Shown: piece after piece, positions 36,822-45,139 of the stretch
Position numbering within the stretch: the first letter of the stretch is position 1
How the letters are laid out: each line of letters starts with the position of its first letter
Source: Candidatus Latescibacterota bacterium
GTDB lineage: Bacteria > Latescibacterota > UBA2968 > UBA8231
Assembly (NCBI GenBank): GCA_965217585.1
Contig: OZ244561.1
Location: 5,312,001 to 5,376,000 of the forward strand
Direction of reading: 5' to 3'
Length of the DNA stretch: 64,000 nucleotides
The notes under the pieces: model-generated
What the model was told of the DNA's origin: nothing
Databases searched by the model: none
What the model saw: only the letters and a program-made list of their open reading frames with translations
Position numbers and translations under genes: made by a program

Positions 36822-38570
36822 CTAGCCGCCGGTGAGAACGCGTTTTAGGTTGTCCTCCCTGACCTCGACCTGCGCCGCGTACTTAGCCCGTAGTTCGGCC
36901 AAGAATTGCTCGAATACCTGCTGCTTCTTGATCCAGTTGACTGTGGCCCGCACCCGCTTTTTGGCTTCTTCAAAGGAGGCGCGCTGCCGCTCGCGGGACA
37001 ACACCTTGAAAATGGAGTACCCCTCGCGCACCTGCAGCGGCCCGGTCAACTCGCCCACGGGGGCTTTGCGGGCCGCCGCCACCAAGCGTCCGTACACCGC
37101 TGCGGCCGCAACCGTAAAACGCCGTCGGCCCTCCTCGTCCCGCAGCTCTGGAGCGCGTTTGGAGTATTGGCGTGCCAAGTCGCTCATGGGCGCACCCAGC
37201 CGGAGGCGTTCGAGCAAGTCCTTGGCTTCCGCTTCGGTAGCGACGAGGATTTCCTGAATCTCGATTTGGGCGGGCTGCATGTAGCGGTCGGGATTTTCTT
37301 TGTATTCCCGGCGGATATCCTCTGCGGAAATGCTTAGGCGCTCCTTCAACACCTGGACGCGCAACTGCACGACCAATTCCTGTTCTCGTTTCCTCGCCAG
37401 CCATTGCGTCACTTCCTCTTCCTGATCTAGGCCCTCCCTCAGGGCGGCCTCGACAAAGAGCGCATCGGGCACCAAGGTGCCTTCGGCGTACTCGATGACT
37501 GCCTCTTTGCTGCGCAAGTCCAGCGTTTTGTATTTGAATTGACTGGCGGCATCGAGTACATCTCCGGCCGTGATCTTTCCTCCTTCATAGCGGTAGAGAA
37601 CAATAGCCCGCACTTCCTCATTTCCGGAGGTGGCTCCCCTGTGCATTGCCGCCGAGAAGGCATCCAACCCCCGCTGATCCCTTTCGAGTTTGAGGGCTTC
37701 TTTGAGGCTGTCGGTCAGGGCAGCCCTCGCCTCGACGCTGCGCTCGATGAAGAGTTGGCGGTAAATATTTTGGAATTGCTCGGCGTCTAGCCCGGTTTCG
37801 ATTGACTCCAAGGCTTTGAAAAGGGCGAAATGACCACCTATGTCTATGGGCTGGCTTACTTCTCCTTTTTCAAGTGCGAAGAGGGGCAGGCGCAGATAGG
37901 GCGGCATATCCAGCTTGCCGACAAACCGACCGGTGTCTCCTCCTTGCTCCATTGTTGGTTCGTGGATGGACCACTGCTCAGCTACTTCTCCGAAATCTCG
38001 CCCCGAGGAGATCTCGCGCAGTGCGGACCAAGCGCTGTCTTCGCTGGTGGTGATGAGTTGGGCAAAGCGGACCTTGCGCGCCAATTCCCGTTCCCGAAAG
38101 TAATCGCTGACCTCCTGTCCTGAGACTCGCACCTTGATCTTTTTGATCTGGTAGAGGCCAATGAGCTTTTCCTTCCTGTACTGGGCTATCTTATAAATGA
38201 AGGCTGGCAGGCGATCTATCCCTTGCTCCTTGGCCTCCAACTGCAGCAGCTCCATATCGATGAGCGTCTGCAAATGGTTGCGCTCCTTCTCCAATCCTTC
38301 ACTGTCGCTCTGGAGGTAATTGGGAATTTTGCCGTAGAACTTCCGCAGTTGGCCAGCAGTGATGGATCGATCTCCCACCCGGGCCAGTTCCAGTTTCCAC
38401 TGGGCCGTCGAGTCCGGAGTGGTGACGAGCTCTGCCTGCGGCTGGAGGGCTTCTTCCTCCTGATTGGCACAGCCAGTTCCCAAAATGGCTAATAGCACCA
38501 CCCCGATTCTCCATCTTGTCGCGACGGGTACAAGACGTATTATTGCCTTGGGGCTTAGGTATTTCATCAT
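36822..38570 (-). CDS. Parvulin-type peptidyl-prolyl isomerase lipoprotein (PrsA/SurA-like, two rotamase domains)
   Basis: Lipobox GTGC; FGEVAEQWS..GGDTG..GEVSQPI and IQEILVATEAEA..LARQYS..GELTGP..GYSIFKV. Confidence 0.85.
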   Translation of the reverse strand: MMKYLSPKAIIRLVPVATRWRIGVVLLAILGTGCANQEEEALQPQAELVTTPDSTAQWKLELARVGDRSITAGQLRKFYGKIPNYLQSDSEGLEKERNHLQTLIDMELLQLEAKEQGIDRLPAFIYKIAQYRKEKLIGLYQIKKIKVRVSGQEVSDYFRERELARKVRFAQLITTSEDSAWSALREISSGRDFGEVAEQWSIHEPTMEQGGDTGRFVGKLDMPPYLRLPLFALEKGEVSQPIDIGGHFALFKALESIETGLDAEQFQNIYRQLFIERSVEARAALTDSLKEALKLERDQRGLDAFSAAMHRGATSGNEEVRAIVLYRYEGGKITAGDVLDAASQFKYKTLDLRSKEAVIEYAEGTLVPDALFVEAALREGLDQEEEVTQWLARKREQELVVQLRVQVLKERLSISAEDIRREYKENPDRYMQPAQIEIQEILVATEAEAKDLLERLRLGAPMSDLARQYSKRAPELRDEEGRRRFTVAAAAVYGRLVAAARKAPVGELTGPLQVREGYSIFKVLSRERQRASFEEAKKRVRATVNWIKKQQVFEQFLAELRAKYAAQVEVREDNLKRVLTGG

Positions 38571-38702
38571 TTTCCTCCAATGCCTCTAGGGACACATGTT
38601 AAACATTGGCCCAGAGGCGAAATTTACAACCTACAACACCCCAATAAAGCCAACTTTTTCGCTACTGTCGAGAAACAGGCACTCGCTGCCTGCGTCTTGT
38701 CT

Positions 38703-40724
38703 ATGTTCGCAAATAACCGCTATGTCGTTGCTCTTTTCCTCTTGGCCCTGATTCTGCGTCTGGCCTACCTAGTAGAAATCCGCGATACACTCTACTTTCA
38801 CACCTTAATCCTCGACGCTGAGGAGTACGATTATCTAGCCCAGGCTCTGCTCGAAGGCGACTGGTGGCTCACCACTCATCGCACCTATGTCCACGGTCCG
38901 CTCTATCCCGCGCTATTGACCCTGCTTAAACTGGGCGGTGCCGGGCTTGTGGCCACGCGCCTGTTCCAAGCCGTTCTCGGGGCTTTCTCCTGCGTCCTAC
39001 TCTACGCTATTGCTCGTCGCTTTTTCCCCACTCCTACCCCTTTGCTAACCGGTCTGATAGCAGTTGGGTACTGGCCCTTTATCCTCTACAACGGCGAACT
39101 ACTGGCCACCACCCTGACCATCTTTATCGAACTGCTTTTGGTGATTCAACTGGTGCGCTGCGCCGACCGGCCTAGCTATTGGTCGGTCGGCGGTGCCGGG
39201 GCGCTACTGGGCCTGCTGATTGAGACGCGCAGCAATACCCTGTTACTGGTGCCGGTGGCTCTCTGGTGGCTCTACTATCGGACTCGAACCCGACTACTGG
39301 TACCTTTCTTGTTGGGGCTCTGCGCCGTTCTGACTCCCTTTCTGGTCCACAACAGCCTCGTCCAAGGCACGCCGCTCCCGTTCCAAGGTGCTTGGAGCTT
39401 TTACATGGGCAACAATCCGGTGGCCGACGGCACTCCATATGCACGCCAGGGGATAGACTGGCAACGTCTCGAATTGCTGCCCTACCAGGCAGATATGGCC
39501 GCTTCGCCAGCCGCCAGAGGCCGGTTCTATCTGATCGAGGGATTCGGCTTCATTGTCGATCAACCGCTTTCCTACCTCCACTTGCTCTACCGCAAATTCA
39601 GGCTGTTCTGGCACGCCTTTGAAATCCCAGTGAGCGTTGATATCCACTTTTACGAGGTGCATTCCTACTTAAGCCGCTTGGCTGTTTTCGGTTTTGGCAT
39701 TGTCGCTCCCTTAGCTCTAGTCGGGTTGGTGGGGAACTGGCATCGATGGCGCCAATACGGCTTGCTCTACGGTTTCGGACTATCCTACCTGGTCTCGGGC
39801 CTGCTCTTTACGGTATGCGCTCGCTATCGGCTCCCCGCGGTGCCTTTTCTGATGCTTTTCGCCGCCGAAGCTATCCGTCAAGGTGCCCTAAGTTTAAAGG
39901 AGCACCAGTGGCGACGCAGTGCTGCCTTGGCGCTGGTGCTGGGTGCTGCTTTTGCACTGGGACACACTGGAATTGATCCCGCACAGGTGGATCACCTGCG
40001 TTCTGCTTGGCTCCAGGGGCAGGTCCACATGCGCAACCAAGCATATGACCGCGCCGAGGCGGCCTATTTGCAGGCGCTCCAGGACGATGCCGACGCAGAT
40101 GTCTACAGCAGTCTGGGTGCAGTCTACGAAGGGCAGAGGCGGCCTCGTGAAGCTGAAACGGCGTATCGCCGAGCCCTTGTTCTGGCCTCTGATCACACCC
40201 GGGCTCGGCTCAATCTGAGCAATCTCCTGCGCGGGGAACAGCGCTTCGATGAAGCCAAGGCCATCCTCCTTGAGGCACTCGCCAACGACCCCCGTCCCTC
40301 CATTCAATACGAGGGCCACTACTATCTGGGCTATCTCCATCTAGACCAGCGGGACTATCTGCAGGCGTATGGCTCTTTCACCACGGCCCTAGAAGCGGAG
40401 CAACGAGCCGAAGGTTTCTACGCCTTGGCTAATGCCTGCCACCATCTAGGGCACCAGGACGAGCAGATCCGGCACTTGCGGAAGACTGTAGATATAGATC
40501 CAGAATTTGCCGCTGCTCATCGGAACCTTGGAGCCTTGTACCTGCAGCGAGGTGAATACGCGCCTGCCGAAGAGGCGCTGCGCCGAGCCCTGCACCTTGA
40601 ACCCGATGTGGCCATTGCCCACTACAATATAGGTGTGCTCTATGTGCACACCGGGCGACGAGAATTGGCCCAGACCGCCTTCGAAACCGCCGAGCAGCTA
40701 CGCCGGGCAGAGACGTCCCCTTGA
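38703..40724 (+). CDS. GT39/PMT-like glycosyltransferase with C-terminal TPRs
   Basis: LDAEEY, HGPLYP, FYMGNNP.ADG, ARYRLP, then multiple TPRs. Start trimmed to ATG 38703. Confidence 0.8.
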   Translation: MFANNRYVVALFLLALILRLAYLVEIRDTLYFHTLILDAEEYDYLAQALLEGDWWLTTHRTYVHGPLYPALLTLLKLGGAGLVATRLFQAVLGAFSCVLLYAIARRFFPTPTPLLTGLIAVGYWPFILYNGELLATTLTIFIELLLVIQLVRCADRPSYWSVGGAGALLGLLIETRSNTLLLVPVALWWLYYRTRTRLLVPFLLGLCAVLTPFLVHNSLVQGTPLPFQGAWSFYMGNNPVADGTPYARQGIDWQRLELLPYQADMAASPAARGRFYLIEGFGFIVDQPLSYLHLLYRKFRLFWHAFEIPVSVDIHFYEVHSYLSRLAVFGFGIVAPLALVGLVGNWHRWRQYGLLYGFGLSYLVSGLLFTVCARYRLPAVPFLMLFAAEAIRQGALSLKEHQWRRSAALALVLGAAFALGHTGIDPAQVDHLRSAWLQGQVHMRNQAYDRAEAAYLQALQDDADADVYSSLGAVYEGQRRPREAETAYRRALVLASDHTRARLNLSNLLRGEQRFDEAKAILLEALANDPRPSIQYEGHYYLGYLHLDQRDYLQAYGSFTTALEAEQRAEGFYALANACHHLGHQDEQIRHLRKTVDIDPEFAAAHRNLGALYLQRGEYAPAEEALRRALHLEPDVAIAHYNIGVLYVHTGRRELAQTAFETAEQLRRAETSP

Positions 40725-40781
40725 AAGGGGCTTTAAGATCCCGGCCCAGCGGTACATGACGGCAACGGCCACCGGAAATAT

Positions 40782-42665
40782 TTAATAGACGACATGTAGT
40801 GGTTTTATCGCCGTGACCGTTTTGTGGTCGGCATCGACGGAGACGCGGTATAGATAGAGTCCCGGCGGCACCAGCCGCCCCAACTCGTCCCGACCATCCC
40901 ACACCCGCTCATACGCACCAATCCCATCCAACCCCTCATACACCTGACGCACCAGCCGCCCCGACAAGTCCCACACTGCCACCACCACCCAGGACGGACC
41001 GGTCAACTCCACTAAGCTATACCCCAATCCCACCACATCGTTGCGCTCATCCCCGTTGGGCGTCAAGACCACCGATCCTACCCCTATCTGCAACACATCC
41101 TGATGTTCCGCCCGGGTGGCCACCCACACCCGATTGTCCTCATAGGCGGGCGTAGCATCGCCCTCCTGCACGCTCTGGGGCACCTCCAACGGTAAGGCAC
41201 TGTCCCACACCCGCATTGAAAAAGTCGATCCATAGCGCAGCACTTCTGCCTCGAAAACCACCTCCACCAAAGCACCCGAATCCTGAGCTGCCAGTCGCGG
41301 GATACTCACGACCATCCGGTGTAGCTCGGCCGCTTCCACCGCATAGGCCACCGGCTCATCGCCGATGCGCACTTGGGTTACAGGTCCCAGCCGTGCCGTT
41401 GTGATTACCTCTAACCGGTCAAAGCCCTCGTTACTAGTGGTAAGGGTTGGTCGCAGTACGTAAGTGAACTGCTGCGGCTGTCCTACGGCGACTTCGACAG
41501 GCCAGACCTCGCCGACCAACTGCGTAGCCACTGGTGGGGAAGCGCGCACTTCGAGGAAGTCCACTTGGCCGCCGTCGTCGTCTTGGGGGAGGAAGTCGAC
41601 TTTGAGTTGGAGATAGCGTCGTGGGCTCAGTGACACGACGGGGGTGCCGTTGCTATCGGCAAAGGCGTAGGGGGCCGACCAGAACGTCCAGTTGGCTTGA
41701 TCGTAGCCGATACCGGCTTTTTCACCCACAGCTAACTTGGCGTAGTCGGTTCGGCTGACGGGTATTTTTTCGTTGCCTCGTCCGGTGAATCGCCAGAACA
41801 GGTCGGGATCGTCGTCTTGTCCGGATCGGGATTGGATGAGCACTTGGGCTTTGGGGTCTTGGCGTCCGGACCAGCGCAGGTCGCCCCAAGCCATCGGCTG
41901 ACCAAAATCGAGAACATTGGAGATATACGTCGCTTGTTCGACAAAGCCTTTGGCGTAGACTTCTATCTCGTTCACTTCCCAATCATCGCCGTGCTCGCCG
42001 ACGGTGACCTGCACGAATTCCACGTCCTCGTGCGCTGGAATGGGTACATCCAAGATCTGCTCTCGGTTGTCTCGCACCTCGACGATCCAAGGCGAAAACG
42101 GTTCGGGAGTAAGACTAAAAGAAATGCGCGCGGGCAGCGGCCCAATGTGGACGCGGAAGGTCCGCACAGTTCTGCTCGGGTCGGTCAACCCGGATATCAT
42201 CCGAATCCGATCAATGCGATAACGACTGCCCAAGAAAATATTGGCTGTACCTTGGCGACCGAAATCGTCGGTGCAGGATCCTCGGCTGCGGAATTGGGCA
42301 CACAGATATTTTTCTGCCAGCCAGAAGACACCCGTATCCCCATCCCATACCTCTCTATTTATATTGGGCCTTAAATGTGCCCCTCCTCTCTCTTCAACTC
42401 CAGGTGCGATGTTGAAGTTTGGATCGCGTTTCAGAGGCCAGATACTAGCGCTATCCAAACCCACCTCAGTAGCTTCCCCACCGCGGTCGGCCTCTATATC
42501 GGTCCAGCTTAGCTGGATAAATTCCACCTCTTCGTGGTCTACTTCGGGCGGCGGCGCTAGTGCTTCACCGCCGAAACGGTAGATGACCAACCCGGAAGCT
42601 TCTCCAGTCGCGAAGCCAATCCACAGGAAGAGAGCCCAGGTCAACAAACGGAATAGGTCGCTCAT
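40782..42665 (-). CDS. Secreted discoidin-like FlgD-Ig protein, variable subfamily copy 2
   Basis: Paralogue; C-terminal domain nearly identical to that of 28881..30785. Confidence 0.85.
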   Translation of the reverse strand: MSDLFRLLTWALFLWIGFATGEASGLVIYRFGGEALAPPPEVDHEEVEFIQLSWTDIEADRGGEATEVGLDSASIWPLKRDPNFNIAPGVEERGGAHLRPNINREVWDGDTGVFWLAEKYLCAQFRSRGSCTDDFGRQGTANIFLGSRYRIDRIRMISGLTDPSRTVRTFRVHIGPLPARISFSLTPEPFSPWIVEVRDNREQILDVPIPAHEDVEFVQVTVGEHGDDWEVNEIEVYAKGFVEQATYISNVLDFGQPMAWGDLRWSGRQDPKAQVLIQSRSGQDDDPDLFWRFTGRGNEKIPVSRTDYAKLAVGEKAGIGYDQANWTFWSAPYAFADSNGTPVVSLSPRRYLQLKVDFLPQDDDGGQVDFLEVRASPPVATQLVGEVWPVEVAVGQPQQFTYVLRPTLTTSNEGFDRLEVITTARLGPVTQVRIGDEPVAYAVEAAELHRMVVSIPRLAAQDSGALVEVVFEAEVLRYGSTFSMRVWDSALPLEVPQSVQEGDATPAYEDNRVWVATRAEHQDVLQIGVGSVVLTPNGDERNDVVGLGYSLVELTGPSWVVVAVWDLSGRLVRQVYEGLDGIGAYERVWDGRDELGRLVPPGLYLYRVSVDADHKTVTAIKPLHVVY

Positions 42666-43094
42666 AAGATGGGCCTAGGGAGATAGGGGGCCTTAGAAGA
42701 AACGATCCTACGATCACTACATCGCTACATGTCTTCTATATATATAGATACGAATATCAGCTCAGATTGCGAAAGTTGACTTTTCGCGGATGGTCAACGG
42801 CAAACGAAAAATTGTTCAATATACCACGTGCAGGAGTCCGGCTTGCTCGACCCTTTGGTGGTCGGCCTCGACAGAAACCCGGTATAAGTAGAGACCCGGC
42901 GGCACCAGCCGTCCCGACGCATCGCGACCATCCCATATCCGTTCATACGCACCCACGCCGTCCCGTCCCGCATACACCTGCCGCACCCGACGACCCAACA
43001 AATCCCACACCGCCACCGCCACCGACGCTGTCCCCGTCAGTTCCAATAAATCGTAGCCCAGCCTTACTGTGTCGTTGCGCTCATCCCCGTTGGG
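42498..43094. repeat. ~600-bp direct repeat, copy 1
   Basis: Spans the 5' end of copy 2, the intergenic region and the 3' end of copy 3; near-identical to 44535-45139. Confidence 0.85.
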
Positions 43095-44702
43095 GGTCAA
43101 AACCGCCGGCTTCCTGCTCATCTGCAATACCCCCTGATGCTCCGCCTTGGTGGCCACCCACACCCGATTGTCCTCATAGACGGGAGTAGCATCGCCCTCC
43201 TGCACGCTCTGGGGCACCTCCAACGGTAGGGCACTATTCCACACCCGCATCAAAAAAGTCGAGCCATAACGCAACACCTCTGCCTCGAAAACCACCTCGA
43301 CCAAAGCACCCGAATCCTGAGCCGTCAGCCGGGGGAAACTCACGACCACCCGGTGCGGCTCAGCCACCTCCACCGCATAAGACACTGACTCATCGCCAAT
43401 GCGTACTTGGGTTACAGGTCCTAGCCGCGCCGGGGTGGCGACCTCCAACCGGTCAAACCCGCCACTGTCCACCCCAAGGGTGGGTCGCAGCACATAGGTA
43501 AACTGCTGCGGCTGTCCTACGGCGACCTCTACCGGCCAGATCTCGCCGACCAACTGCGTCGCTACCGGTGGGGAAGCGCGCACTTCGAGAAAGTCCATCT
43601 GTCCACTGTCGTCGTCTTGGGGGAGAATGTCAACCTTGAGTTGGAGGTAGCGTCTTGGACTCAGCGACACGATGGGGGTGCCGTTGCTGTCGGCAAAGGC
43701 GTAGGGGGCCGACCAGAACGTCCAGTTAGCACGATCGTAGCCGATACCGGCTCTTTCGCCTCTAGCTAACTTGGCGTAGGTAGTTCGGCTGACGGGTATT
43801 TTTTCATCGCCTCGTCCGGTGAAGCGCCAGAACAGGTCGGGGTCGTCGTCTTGGCCGGATCGGGATTGGATGAGGATGCGGGCTTTGGGGTCTTGGCGTC
43901 CGGACCAGCGCAGGTCGCCCCAGGCCATCGGTTGGCCAAAATCGAGAATGTTCGAGATGTACGTCGCCTGTTCGACAAAGCCTTTGGCGTAGATTTCTAT
44001 CTCGTGGACTTCCCAGTCCTCGTTGTGCTCTCCGACAGTCACCTGCACGAATTCCACTTGCTCGTGCGGTGGGATAGGGATGTCGAGGATCTGCTCTCGA
44101 TTGTCGCGCACCTCGACGATCCAAGGGGCAAAGGGCGGAGGATTGAAAGTGATCCTCATTGTGGGAAGAAGCGGGGACATGAAAACGCGGAGGGAGCCCA
44201 CAATTTTGCCTGGGTCGTCCAACCCGGATTTCACCCGGATCCGGTCGATGAGGTAGCGACCGCCTAAAAAAATATTAGCCGTGCCCGGGGTGCCGAAATC
44301 GTCAATACAAATGAGATTATAGGCCTCGAATTCGGCGCACAGATATCTGTCTGCCAACCAGATCGTACTCTCGTCCCCATCCCAGACCTGTCCATTGACG
44401 TTGGGTCTGACGTGGCTTCCCCCCTTTTCCTCAATCCCGGGGGCTATATTAAAAGTAGGATCTCGTTTTAGAGCCCGAATGGCGGTGGCGTCTATATCCA
44501 GTTCGACCGTCTCGCCGCCTAGGGAAGGATCGAGATCGGTCCAGCTTAGCTGGATAAATTCCACCCCTTCGTGGTCTACTTCGGGCGGCGGCGCTAGCGC
44601 TTCACCGCCGAAACGGTAGATGACCAACCCGGAAGCTTCTCCAGTCGCGAAGCCAATCCACAGGAAGAGAGCCCAGGTCAACGAACGGAATAGGTCGCTC
44701 AT
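42816..44702 (-). CDS. Secreted discoidin-like FlgD-Ig protein, variable subfamily copy 3
   Basis: Start set at MSDLFRS by alignment with copy 2. Confidence 0.85.
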   Translation of the reverse strand: MSDLFRSLTWALFLWIGFATGEASGLVIYRFGGEALAPPPEVDHEGVEFIQLSWTDLDPSLGGETVELDIDATAIRALKRDPTFNIAPGIEEKGGSHVRPNVNGQVWDGDESTIWLADRYLCAEFEAYNLICIDDFGTPGTANIFLGGRYLIDRIRVKSGLDDPGKIVGSLRVFMSPLLPTMRITFNPPPFAPWIVEVRDNREQILDIPIPPHEQVEFVQVTVGEHNEDWEVHEIEIYAKGFVEQATYISNILDFGQPMAWGDLRWSGRQDPKARILIQSRSGQDDDPDLFWRFTGRGDEKIPVSRTTYAKLARGERAGIGYDRANWTFWSAPYAFADSNGTPIVSLSPRRYLQLKVDILPQDDDSGQMDFLEVRASPPVATQLVGEIWPVEVAVGQPQQFTYVLRPTLGVDSGGFDRLEVATPARLGPVTQVRIGDESVSYAVEVAEPHRVVVSFPRLTAQDSGALVEVVFEAEVLRYGSTFLMRVWNSALPLEVPQSVQEGDATPVYEDNRVWVATKAEHQGVLQMSRKPAVLTPNGDERNDTVRLGYDLLELTGTASVAVAVWDLLGRRVRQVYAGRDGVGAYERIWDGRDASGRLVPPGLYLYRVSVEADHQRVEQAGLLHVVY

Positions 44703-45139
44703 AAGATGAGCATGGGGGATAGGGGGCCTTAGAAGAAACGATCCTACGATCACTACATCGCTACATGTCTTCTATCATATAGATACGAATATCAGCTCAG
44801 ATTGCGAAAGTTTGCGAAAGTTGACTTTTCGCGGATGGTCAACGGCAAACGAAAAATTGTTCAATATGCCACGTGCAGGAGTCCGGCTTGCTCGACCCTT
44901 TGGTGGTCGGCCTCGACAGAAACCCGGTATAAGTAGAGACCCGGCGGCACCAGCCGTCCCGACGCATCGCGACCATCCCATATCCGTTCATACGCACCCA
45001 CGCCGTCCCGTCCCGCATACACCTGCCGCACCCGACGACCCAACAAATCCCACACCGCCACCGCCACCGACGCTGTCCCCGTCAGTTCCAATAAATCGTA
45101 GCCCAGCCTTACTGTGTCGTTGCGTTCATCCCCATTGGG
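44535..45139. repeat. ~600-bp direct repeat, copy 2
   Basis: Near-identical to 42498-43094; differs by a few SNPs, the TA-run and a duplicated TTGCGAAAGT. Confidence 0.85.
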
